From IMG/VR virus record IMGVR_UViG_3300044646_001937, positions 140,455 to 204,454 of that record: a stretch of DNA of 64,000 bases; one strand, given 5' to 3'. The notes below the pieces were generated by a model. That model was given only the letters and a program-made list of their open reading frames with translations. It was not told where the DNA came from and made no database searches. The position numbers were made by a program, and so were the translations under genes. Numbering within the stretch: the first letter of the stretch is position 1; each line of letters opens with the position of its first letter. Positions 18,454-29,800 of the stretch are shown in pieces.

Positions 18454-20268
18454 ATGGATATTAAATTTTTATCTGAAGCGTATCCATCCAATGACCTCAC
18501 TGACGGACAATATTTATACAGGTCTTTAGGTTCTTTTTGGACACACATATTTCAGGATAAAAAGGCACTGCAAGGCTACACACTAGGCCAAGCGGAAGAA
18601 TTAACGCAGTCATATTTAAAGCTGGCTGAAATAATTAATACATACAGCGTCAAAAATATTCCATTGTACGCCAAAGAAAAATGGAAACCGCTGCTCATTA
18701 AAAAATCAGCAGCCAACAAAGCTTCTTTTAAGTTTGAAAATACTGGAGCAGTGTTTGGGGTACAACCGCAAGATGACCCATACTACGCTAATAGACTGTT
18801 TAGGTTCGGTTTTCCGAAAGAAACAGGAGATTCTGTTTACGGTTATGAGGTAGGTAACAATATTAAAGACTTTGGACTGCTGGCTAACAGAGTAATAGCG
18901 CCGTCTTTAGTTTTATTACCTGGAGTCGACTTTACGTTAAGTAATGGTGTATTGTACTTTAACAAAGATATATTTAATTCAGATTATCTACCTAAATCAA
19001 AAATACTTGGAGAGTTTGGCAGCGTGGTACAATTCAAAGACGCATCAGGCGAGCTAGTTGATGATGAATTAATTATCCTATGGATGCACGATGCTAGTAT
19101 AGATGTAGACTATCTATACAAAAACTTTGGGATACTTTTTGACTTTAGATTGAGTACATCTCAAAACTACAAAGATATACTTAAATCTTTTATGCAGCTT
19201 GCGGTAGACGGACCTTCAATCGAAGCAATCACACTAGCACTCTCCGCGTTCTGCGGGCTACCAACAGTTATAGAGCCTACTGAAACAGTTGAGGATATTT
19301 TTACAAACTCCAACCATACCCACAGGATTGTAGTCACAGACAAGCAGGTATACAGATTGCCCATAGATCAAGAACTAGCGAGAAATGTACAAGTAGGTAA
19401 AAAGATATACTTAGGACAATGCATTGGAGCTGGGCTTGAAGTCATAGATGCAGTCATAACACCTGACTGGTGGATAAATAGTATCAAAACAAAGAAGTTA
19501 GGTTTACCGGCCCACTTGTTTGCAGCTAATGTAAAACATCAACTGTTTTTTGAATCTGACGTTACCTTGATTACAAAAACAAATGGCGATATATATTTTC
19601 CTGTAACTGGAAACCCCAGGGACGTGCAGGCTTTTCAGGCATATATTAACGAACCAGCAAACAAAACAATTATTTCCGAAAAGCTGGGGTTGCTCGATGA
19701 CAACTCCACAGGATTATACAGCTCTCCTTTGGATTTTGTATTTTCAAATTTTTTAAAAAACAATACGCTTTTAATTAAGCTGTCGTTTCATTCCGACAAA
19801 CAACTAAAATTGTTTTTTGATCTGCTGCCTACTATCAAGGATTATTTACCTGCGCATGTGTGCCTGCTTACATATGTCACCTTAACATTACAGAGCGAAA
19901 TATTAGGAGGGCTTAATAATGCTCTAAGTATTTCTGATTACCCTAATGAATATTTCAGTATGGATGGTTCGGATCCTTTCACAGGCAGTCGTCCAGGCAG
20001 CGTGGAAGAATCTGTATACTATAAAGATTATGCAAATAGGTTATTCTGTATATCTGTAGGACCATATAGGGACGGAAAGCCTTTACATGATGAAGATAAC
20101 CTGGATACTATTATGATTGATAATGGTACCACAAAGAACACCAGCTTTTCAGGCATAAAATCAGGACTTTTAAGAACAGAAATACCTGAAATTGTGATAC
20201 CTCCAGGCGATGCGGCTAGAGGGCCATCTACCAGAGAGGTGCAAACTATCTTATTAATCGACTTTTAA
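18454..20268 (+). CDS. Baseplate wedge protein (gp7/gpI-like)
   Basis: Follows the J-like gene; GPSIEAITLALSAFCG and IKDYLPAHV motifs. ATG 18454 is preferred over TTG 18445. Confidence 0.55.
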   Translation: MDIKFLSEAYPSNDLTDGQYLYRSLGSFWTHIFQDKKALQGYTLGQAEELTQSYLKLAEIINTYSVKNIPLYAKEKWKPLLIKKSAANKASFKFENTGAVFGVQPQDDPYYANRLFRFGFPKETGDSVYGYEVGNNIKDFGLLANRVIAPSLVLLPGVDFTLSNGVLYFNKDIFNSDYLPKSKILGEFGSVVQFKDASGELVDDELIILWMHDASIDVDYLYKNFGILFDFRLSTSQNYKDILKSFMQLAVDGPSIEAITLALSAFCGLPTVIEPTETVEDIFTNSNHTHRIVVTDKQVYRLPIDQELARNVQVGKKIYLGQCIGAGLEVIDAVITPDWWINSIKTKKLGLPAHLFAANVKHQLFFESDVTLITKTNGDIYFPVTGNPRDVQAFQAYINEPANKTIISEKLGLLDDNSTGLYSSPLDFVFSNFLKNNTLLIKLSFHSDKQLKLFFDLLPTIKDYLPAHVCLLTYVTLTLQSEILGGLNNALSISDYPNEYFSMDGSDPFTGSRPGSVEESVYYKDYANRLFCISVGPYRDGKPLHDEDNLDTIMIDNGTTKNTSFSGIKSGLLRTEIPEIVIPPGDAARGPSTREVQTILLIDF

Positions 20269-20293
20269 AATAAAACCAATATAATAATAATCT

Positions 20294-20860
20294 ATGCTAA
20301 CAACAGAAACATTAACTGCCAACAAAGCACTTGCAGGGTTTGTTAAGATTTGGAGATCTTGCAAAGCTACAGGCAACGTGGATTTGCTTGTAGATAAACA
20401 GAACATGATATTGAAGGGTGGTGCAAGGCTTGTGGCTCAAGCACTTGGAGGAAAACCAGAGGCCAAGATATGGGGCATGTATATCGGGTACAATAATCTT
20501 GAATCGTTTAATCCCCCAGCAATTACAGTTGATTACGCAAATCCTTTTGCAGAGTTTAACGAAGTTAACGGTTTTGGTTATCTCAGAGAGCCACTAACAT
20601 TCACGCCATCGTACATGTCCTCTGAAGGCTACACAGACAACACAGTGTTGTTTTCCACAATGATCACATCCGCCACTAACGCCGGCGGCGCAGAGTTTAA
20701 TACGGATAGTAGAATTTACGAAGTTGCACTTGTGGCTGCAGGAGATCCTGATGACAGTACGGAAGATACAGTATTTTCTAGAACTAATTTTACTCCCGTA
20801 AAATATGATTCAAGCTACAACTTCACAATAACATGGGGAGTTAGAATTTTATTACCCTAA
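20294..20860 (+). CDS. Baseplate/tail-fibre attachment-type structural protein
   Basis: 188 aa; NMILKGGARLVAQAL...IYEVAL...VFSRTNF...TITW resembles tail-collar/fibre-attachment domains. Inference. Confidence 0.45.
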   Translation: MLTTETLTANKALAGFVKIWRSCKATGNVDLLVDKQNMILKGGARLVAQALGGKPEAKIWGMYIGYNNLESFNPPAITVDYANPFAEFNEVNGFGYLREPLTFTPSYMSSEGYTDNTVLFSTMITSATNAGGAEFNTDSRIYEVALVAAGDPDDSTEDTVFSRTNFTPVKYDSSYNFTITWGVRILLP

Positions 20861-20863
20861 TAT

Positions 20864-22897
20864 ATGAGCGTAACTCCCTGGCTACCTACAGTTAGAAGAA
20901 TTAAAGACGGAGAGACGGTAGAGCAAACAACCGTAAATCTACCTATAGACCAACTTACTCAAAGAGATCAGCATCTTTATGAGAAGTTTGAAGAAATGGC
21001 GGGCAAGTCTGTACTGATCACTTTTGGACAGCCTATACATCCTAATGAAACATTGCAGGTAGGCGAGCTAAGTCTGGTATATTACAAAAGCGACGCATCT
21101 GGGGCTGGTGTAGCAAAAGGAACCACAGGGTTCTCATCAGCCTTTTCTTCGATGTTCACTCCAAACAATTCAAACTATACGTTTGGGTTGGTGAAGACTG
21201 TCTACCCATCAAACAATACAGTAGATCTTTACACTGAAGGCTTCTGCGATCTTCCGGTGGATTTAGATCATGCAATTTACGGACTAATTCAAAAAGATTC
21301 CGCAGGTGTCGTTGAAGAGTTTAGTGTAGGTCCATACTACTTGTCCACAAAAACTCCAGGCAAAATAACTAAAGACCCCTCTGGTATACCTGTGTACGTT
21401 GGCTACGCTGTCAGTAAAAGACACTTTTTACTGCATACCAATGTTGATGAATTTTCACAATTTTTTATAAATTATAGATATCATTTACTAGATAGAGTGG
21501 CTGGAGTACCAGCACTCTCAAATGCCACTTGGACTATAGCGTCCTCTGATATCACAAAACTAGGTTGGATATCAGCTGCAGCGGCAGTAAGTTCAGGAGT
21601 AGTTGCACCAGAAGGAGCAGTATTCTATTACAATATACCAGCTCCTTCAGTTATTGTCACAGACACGTACATCACTGACACAGAAAAAGAGGAAGCCTCA
21701 CAACTAACTAAATATCTTCCTCCCATACCTGCCAATTTCATACAGCTCTACGTCAACGGCACCCTAGCCAGATACAATGACATTTATGATACTGCTGGAG
21801 ATTTTTCAGTAAATGAGTATGGTTTATGGTGGCATAAAAATACCGCTGGTTTGCAACCCTGGTCCGCAGCCTACCCACAAACAGCCCCCACAGGTAGCCC
21901 ATCGAACTGGAGTACATTAAAAGCTACCACTATAAGCAGCTCTAGAAAAAATATCTTTATAAGCTTTTCTAAATTTAACCCCGCCCTCAGAACACAGCTT
22001 GTAAGTTCGCTAAGACCTTTTAATACCCTAGGTACAGATTACTCATCTAATTTTATAAAATTTTACAGCGTTGATGATTTAGGGGCAGAGTCGCGTACAG
22101 GAGATTTAATTGTATCTATAGATCCTAAAACGAACTATGTAGGATATAAAACATCGTTTACATCTTCTGACATAAATACGCTTACCGATAATTTTTCATA
22201 TCCTGCAGTAAGATCTTCATCGTTTTCAGCCAATAGGGCAGTTGCGGCCATAAAATACGTCAAAGAGGAAGGGTTGTTTAAAGCGGCCCTGACTCCAGTT
22301 GTATCGAAGTTAGTGGGCAGCGGGGGAATTAATGTCACTGAAGAAGAAAATACTGGCGTATGGACTGTAGATTACCTATCTCAAGGACAGACAGGACAGG
22401 TAGATTCCATAGAACCAATCAACGCCAGACTGGAGTTCATGGACCTTACATCTTACATCAAGTTACCAGTTCCTGGCGCCACACCGTTTGGCTTGATAGG
22501 TAAAATTGTACTACCCAAAGGCACTTCAAACGATAAAGACCTGAGAATTATTTTTCATCTGTTTGGAGATACAACATCCCTTGATACCTCGGTTGCTTTT
22601 ACTTTTGAATACTCTAGTGTGACCGCAAGCAATAGCGCAGCTAGCTCAGACTACACTACCGTAAATGCATTGAAGTATACAGCCCCTGAAAATCCGGCAG
22701 TGTTCGATTTAGCTGAAGGCCAGTATGTAGCGTACACATCCATAAGATTATCGAATGATAATTTTGTGATACCTAAAGCACACATCAGAGAAGACTCTGT
22801 AATTAATTTTAAAATACTCAGATTTACTACAGACACCGAAACCAGCTATTCCGGTAATGTAGGCATCTTGGGTATTTATTGGGAAACTTTAACATAG
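20864..22897 (+). CDS. Probable tail fibre / baseplate-attached protein
   Basis: 677 aa. The N-terminus IKDGETV...NLPIDQLTQRDQHLYE resembles the baseplate-anchoring helix of myovirus fibres. Confidence 0.5.
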   Translation: MSVTPWLPTVRRIKDGETVEQTTVNLPIDQLTQRDQHLYEKFEEMAGKSVLITFGQPIHPNETLQVGELSLVYYKSDASGAGVAKGTTGFSSAFSSMFTPNNSNYTFGLVKTVYPSNNTVDLYTEGFCDLPVDLDHAIYGLIQKDSAGVVEEFSVGPYYLSTKTPGKITKDPSGIPVYVGYAVSKRHFLLHTNVDEFSQFFINYRYHLLDRVAGVPALSNATWTIASSDITKLGWISAAAAVSSGVVAPEGAVFYYNIPAPSVIVTDTYITDTEKEEASQLTKYLPPIPANFIQLYVNGTLARYNDIYDTAGDFSVNEYGLWWHKNTAGLQPWSAAYPQTAPTGSPSNWSTLKATTISSSRKNIFISFSKFNPALRTQLVSSLRPFNTLGTDYSSNFIKFYSVDDLGAESRTGDLIVSIDPKTNYVGYKTSFTSSDINTLTDNFSYPAVRSSSFSANRAVAAIKYVKEEGLFKAALTPVVSKLVGSGGINVTEEENTGVWTVDYLSQGQTGQVDSIEPINARLEFMDLTSYIKLPVPGATPFGLIGKIVLPKGTSNDKDLRIIFHLFGDTTSLDTSVAFTFEYSSVTASNSAASSDYTTVNALKYTAPENPAVFDLAEGQYVAYTSIRLSNDNFVIPKAHIREDSVINFKILRFTTDTETSYSGNVGILGIYWETLT

Positions 22898-22906
22898 TAT
22901 TAGATT

Positions 22907-23785
22907 ATGCCATGGGTAGATAGTTTAGACTGGTTATCATTAAACGCGTTAAGAAAATACCCAATAAGGGAAGGTCTTAGCGCGTCTAGTGATGACGGTC
23001 TATTTTCTATACCAGACACATTGATTGTAGATTTTTCACTTTGTGCATCGTCAGATGTGGCAAAAAGATTCTATATATCCAACATATTCAATAAACTTAC
23101 AGCCATAGTAATCACCATATCAGATGATGAAGATGTTGTTGTAGGTACGTTTGAAGCAACCGCACAAGAAGAAGATCTTACATATTATTTAAACGCTACA
23201 GCCGCCTATGCTAGAGCCAACGGAAAACTCACTATAGGCTCTTTTAAAGATTTGCAATATCAGCCATCAGGTAGCTTCACCTTTTCCATAACGGCTACAG
23301 AATTTGAACCAAGAACAATTATTCCAGGACTAAAAGGCATTGATCGTATCAGTTTTACAGATAACATAAACGGCGAACAATCACTAACAGGTAGTGTGCT
23401 GCTTACATCCAGAAATAACTTAATTTTTTCATACGCCGACAATAGAGTGTATATGGATGCTGGTGGAGATATAGGGTTAAATAAGCCATGTGCCACAGGA
23501 AATTGTGTTAAGAGTATAAACGGTGTAAAACCTGATCCTTTAACAGGAGATGTCGGACTTATAGGTATAGACTGCTTGAGTATATTTAGCGATAAAGCAC
23601 ATACTTTAAAGATAGAAGACCTTTGCTGTGTGCCCTGTGCGGGCTGTAATGATCTGGAAGAATTGACTGCCAGGACGATTGAATTAGAGAATAAACTTTT
23701 AGATTTAAGAGATCTCTACAATCAAGCAAACGCCCAATTACAGACTTATTTAAATACTATAAACTCCAATTGCGCATGTCCTTAG
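22907..23785 (+). CDS. Structural protein, paralogue family member 1 (Cys-rich, coiled-coil C-terminus)
   Basis: N-terminal LDWLSLNALRKYP and later SINGVKPDPLTG motifs shared with four other ORFs; ends CCVPCAGC, heptad-like helix, CACP. Confidence 0.7.
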   Translation: MPWVDSLDWLSLNALRKYPIREGLSASSDDGLFSIPDTLIVDFSLCASSDVAKRFYISNIFNKLTAIVITISDDEDVVVGTFEATAQEEDLTYYLNATAAYARANGKLTIGSFKDLQYQPSGSFTFSITATEFEPRTIIPGLKGIDRISFTDNINGEQSLTGSVLLTSRNNLIFSYADNRVYMDAGGDIGLNKPCATGNCVKSINGVKPDPLTGDVGLIGIDCLSIFSDKAHTLKIEDLCCVPCAGCNDLEELTARTIELENKLLDLRDLYNQANAQLQTYLNTINSNCACP

Positions 23786-23809
23786 TTGCTGTTAAAATAA
23801 CAAAATATT

Positions 23810-26800
23810 ATGGCAGCGCTGGAGTACCTAACGCAGAATAGTCTAACATCACATCCTTTTAAAAATTCTTATGGGCTTGAAGAGGGGACAGGTGCTGTCG
23901 ACGGTTGGTTTTACGACATTCTATTTGTTTCGTATGACGACTCTATTCGTAGAGTATACCTCCAAAAAATAGAAAAAAAGGAAAACGGCAGTTTAGAGAT
24001 AGGGATCAATAACGCTGAAACGCTAGCTAGGCTGCCTGAGGGTCTAATAACTATAGCCGCTGAAGATGTTGTAGATCATTATGCCAATAAAATAAAAAGT
24101 TTTGTAGGCGTAGCCAAATCAAAGTTTGCTATTAAGTTTGTGATTGGTCCAACTTTGGCGGCTAAAGAAGCTTTTTCAGAAAATTACCTACCTGCAGTAA
24201 CCGAACTTTCAAGCGATGTAACAGTATTAAACACTGTCAGGGTGAATTCTATTACATTTGAGGCTTATGACGGACCAATTTTAAACACTGTAAAGCTATA
24301 TACTGGAGAAGAAATAGCCCTAGTCGAGCCCAGATATAATTCAACATTTACACTAACAGACACAAGCTCCGGCGAGTTGAGTGTCTCCGCAGGTAGCGGC
24401 GCTGGACTGTATGACAATTGTCCAACCCCAGGAAGTATAACCGATGTTCATACTTTAAATGAAATACCACCAAACTCAGAAGGAACTTTATTTCTACATG
24501 CCACAGAGTGTCATTCATTAAATTTATTAACAACTAATGACGAACTTATATATGGTGATCAATTAGACACCTACAGATCATTTACTTCACCTGGTAATAC
24601 AGAACCGTTCAATGCAGTTAATCCAGAACACACTATAACTTTAGAGAATTTTTGCAGCGTTAAGTGTCCCCATGAAAACGTAAAAGCTTTAGCGTATTAT
24701 ATTAATCGTATAACTGACGGAGCTTCTGGACTAGCTGACATAGCGGTTAGAAATACAGAAACTAGAGGTATAGGTAGTGCTGAAGGAACAGAATTTCATG
24801 TAGATAATGCAGATTTCTGTGATGCTGCTGCGAACATATTCTTAAAATGCCCTGTAGATAGTGAAGCATTCATTCCATGCAATCAGGGTTTTATTAAATA
24901 TTTGCACGAAGGACGCACATTGCAGGTGTCCTACGATAACGCCACAATTACAAATTACACAATTGTTTCTGTGATTAATGAGAATACTGTATTACTAGAC
25001 GGCGCTCCGTCTGGAATAATGGGCAAAATCCCATTTAGGGTAATTGATAGTGGTGTTATAAGTAATATCAATTGCGCTAGCAGTCTTTATAACAAACAAA
25101 ATGACGATAAATTAAAACCATACTTTAAAGTAAGATACAGTACCAGTGAAGCATTCAATTCGGATTTTGAGTATGTCACATACGCAGCAATATCTGTAGG
25201 TGTATTTAATCCAGGTCCAGAACCTGTGCGACTCAATATAGCCTTTAATCCAAATGGACTAGGACAACAAGGCAGTTTTAAAATAAGAAAAACAGATTCA
25301 ATCTACGTTTCCAGCGAAAGTGTAGTTGACTTAGATTGTAAAGAGCACGCATTTGTAGAAGCAGTCTACTATATCAAGTGCGGAGAACCTGCCAGCAATT
25401 TTAGTATATTGGTAACAAACATTACAGCCAACCCAGATGAGATATTAGGAGATGGAGCATATTACCTACCTCCGTTAGTTGGTGTGAGTTGTCCAGGAGA
25501 CATAGCCGGAGCAATAAACACCGTGCAAATTGTAAAGCAAGACACGGACACATTTAGCCAAATCATTGGCGTTGATCCGTTAGTTCAAGATGTTAAAATT
25601 TATGGAACACTTCCTGATTGGTTGACTATAACATTTCAGCCAGCACAATCAGGACAGCCCAGCTCTTCACTAGTGCTTACAGGTACAAAAATATCTACAA
25701 ATAATTATAATACGGAATATAATTTGTATGCAAGATACACAGGCATTGCAATACCTGTGGTATCGCAGCTAGTTATTCAGTATGTGGCTCCGCCCATATT
25801 TATATATCCTACAGAGAAGTATTTTACTCAGGAAAAACCTCTAGTTATTGACCCGCTCATAATTTATACCGAAGAAAATCCACTAACGCAGCTTACTGTG
25901 AAAAACATGGATAAGCCGCTTAGCTGGAACGGTGACAATTTTAGTTCTTATGGAGTTGACGTAATTGCTGAACGCGAGCTACCTCAGGGACTAACGCTAG
26001 ACACGGTTACAGGAAAAATAACAGGAAGGTTGTTAGAGGGGGTAACGGACGAAGGATACTGGAAAATAGCTTTAACAGCTACAAATCCTGCAGGTATAGT
26101 TTCTCAAAATCTTTATCTGGGGGTATCCAAAAGAGCCATCCCTGTAATTTCTTTTTTACAGCAGTTACCTACAGTCATAGATAACTACACCCAATATACG
26201 ATTGAGGAGCCTTTGTGTTCGTTTAAAGCCACAAATGATCCTATCCTTCTATATCAGACGACAGATAAATTACCGTCAGGACTTAGACTGGACACCACCA
26301 AAGGCGTTATATATGGCAAGATTACTGAAACAGCAGCAGGAACCAAAACAATCAATGTTTACGCTAGGAATTTTTATGGAAAATCCATACTTCCGCTAGA
26401 AGTAACGATCTCATATACCATATATAAACAACCAGAAATTCAAGCGCCTACACAGTTTGCAAGATTTAATGGTGAGGACGGCTCCACACTAGAAGAGCCA
26501 CTATGTACAATAGTTGCAACACAAGCCTATGGAGGGCTTAATAATTTTGATCCGCTACTTACAGACGCCACACGCAATCATTACACAGCCACAAATCTAC
26601 CTCCTGGTTTTTCAGTAGATCTTTATACCGGTAAAGTCTATGGAATCCTAGATACTTCTGAAGGTTTTTCAAGAGCCTATGCGGTAACATTAAAAGCCTC
26701 TAATCTAGTTAATACCGCAACTGTACAAATTTACATTACATTTCCAAATGTAAAATTGCCTGTAATTACAAATTTGGCGAGTGGTAGTTTGTTTAAAGTT

Positions 26801-29800
26801 ACTAGGAACCTAGAGTATTCCGTAGAAGCTGGCCCACTGGCGTCAATATATGCGATCTATTTAGACCCTATAATTATCGCCACAGGTTTACCTGCAGGAT
26901 TAACCTGCCTACCTACCGGAGAAGTAGTAGGTATGGTAGACTCTTTGCTACCCGCCGGAGATTATACCGTTTCATTTAGGGCACAAAATAGATATGGAGT
27001 ATCCACCCCAGCTATTGTATGTATCGTACGAGTGGGGATTGAGCTACTTAGCCCACTACCTAACTCAATGTTAAACTTATCTGTGAATGCACAGATTACA
27101 CCAATACAAATTACAACAAGCCAGGGTGTGCCAGTAACACTTACAGTCAGGAATTTACCGGCAGGGCTAACATTTAATAATTCACAAATATACGGCACAC
27201 CGGTTACAGTCGGCAGATCTAAAATATACATAACCGCGTCGGCTGGAGTCTTCGGTATAATAAAAGCCGTCATAAACGTATCCGTGTCAATTCCCACATA
27301 TAGTCTTTCAGGTGCAGTTGTGGGTGTCGACTTAGCAGCGGCAACAAATGTTTTTTTAACCATAACCAGTGTAGAAACTGGCGCTATATACACAATAAAA
27401 ACTACAAGCACGGGCACATACCAACTTAATGGGCTGTATGCAGGGATATACAACGTATCCGCCCGTAAGGATCGATTTGAAATAGAGCCAATCACAAGAA
27501 CAATTACAATTGTAAATACGGATGTTGCATTGCAGAGTTTTTTAATTACAGGACCATACAGACTTATAGTCGGTACAGTAACCAACGCAATTAATAAAAG
27601 CGGTGTAGAGAACGTGGCGATAATTACATTTAATAGGACTGTGTACACAGATACAGCAGGCAGGTTTTTTATAAATTTATTACAGAACGAAGAAATCACA
27701 ATTACTGCGGATGCTGTTTCTTATGTGTTTAATCCAAAAACAATAGATATACCGATTAGTAATGAAGACTCAGGAGGTTATTCGTTTAAAGCCACTCCCT
27801 CGCACAATATTTCAGGAACTATAGTTTCTAAAAACATTGAAGTTCCTGCAAATATTGGAGTTCTGATAGACAATCAGAACACTGGAGAAAAATATTACGA
27901 TATAGCACCTGCAGGCAGCATTTCAGTGCAGGCACTTGACGGAAAATACAAAATATATCCTAACCCTGAAGCATCAGATTATTATAATAGTATATGGCAA
28001 TTTAAGCCAAAGTATATACCTGTAGAGGTGAATGGTCTGTCGATTCAACTAGCGAAATCGTTTAACATATTTTCAGGTAAAACAATATCAGGAAGAGTTA
28101 TTGCTCCGATATATGAAACAGAAATTGGTCTACCTATTCCTGTTGCTGGTGTGGCGATTACTGCCGCAAATATTACTCTAGATCAGACAAGGTTTATTTG
28201 GCTGAAGTTGGATGCAAACAATCCACCGACTATAAAGCTAGATCTAAAAACAATTAGAGCTGCCGCAGCATCCACTGAAAACATTCCTGTGACGGTTGAT
28301 TTTACAACAGGATTTTTTAATCTAAGAGGTACAACAGCAGGACAGCTTTCAATGGATGGATACACTGCGTCAGTAGAAGAAATAATTCTTCTGAAAGATC
28401 AATTTTATCCTGAGTTAAACGGAATATATACAATTGTAAACCCAGGCTCTGCAACAGAGACGTTCCATCTCGTCAGAAGTACTGAAGCAAACTACAATGA
28501 ATCTTTAAAAGTTGGTGCAGCAATATATGTAATTGGAGGCATCACAAACAGCGCTGCTACATATTATTTAACTACTGAAGATCAAGTTACAGCAATTTCA
28601 GATATAGATGGAAATTTCACACTGACAAACGTCTACCCAGACACTTACAACCTATACGCTCATAAAGAAGGTGTTGGTATATTAAGTATTCCTCAAGTCA
28701 ACGTATCCACGAATAATGCAACCAATCTAGTAATCGTGCCTAATACATATCAAATCACTGGCACGATACAGTATAGAGCGAATTATTTAAGCACGACGAA
28801 GACTCCGCTGACAGATGTTCGCATCAGTCTTTATAGAGCAAAAGATTTATTCTTACTTAAAAAAAGCGAGAAATCAAAAGCAGACGGCTCATGGATATTT
28901 AGATCTGTACCTGACGGAGACTATATATTGAAAGCTGAATTTAGAGGAATGACACCTACAGTAGTTGAACAAAAAATTACTGTAGATGATGGCGATGTTA
29001 ATCTGGTTGCCATGGAAGTGTATATAGCTGTTTTTACAGCACCATCCGCACCTATAGTAAATAACATACAGGGTGGTTATAGGTCACTAAAGGTGACAGT
29101 GAGCGAAAACCCAGAAGACATAGGTACAGAAATCCGCTATTACGAATATTCGCTAGACTCAGGCACAACATGGGCAACTGCAGTGAAAACTTCAGACAGC
29201 GAGATATTGATCCCCGATCTCCCTCCAGCAGAAAAAACTATCTTTAAATTAAGAGCCAGAAACTTATGGTCGTATGGACCTGAGGTTGAGCTGCAGGGTG
29301 TTGCATTTGACCGCCCTGGCGCACCTACAATTACAAGTATAGCGCGCAAAAATAAAGAGCTGTTGGTAAATTTTTCACCACCACTATTTTCAGGCGGGCT
29401 ATACATAGACAACTATGCATATTCCACAGACGGAGGTATCACTTTTTTACCTATTACTCCAGCAAACATAACTGGCTCATTTAGTATACTTAAAAGATCA
29501 AATAATGGGTTGGATTTGGTGAATGGTGAAAAATATCAAATAGTCCTTCACGCGCTAGCTGGAGAAGCTGCAGGTTTAGACTCAGAGCCGGAAATAACAT
29601 TCCCTGTAGGTACTCCTGGACCGTCGAGACTTCTGAGTGTTGTCGGCGGAAGATTGAATGAGCTAGATATAAGCTTTGAACCTCCAGAAATAACCAATGG
29701 TGCACCTGTGGCAGATTATGCATATTCTTTAAATGGAGGTCCATTTACACCATTAGGTACAGTTAACAGTCCCGCAACAATAACAAATTTACTCAACGGT

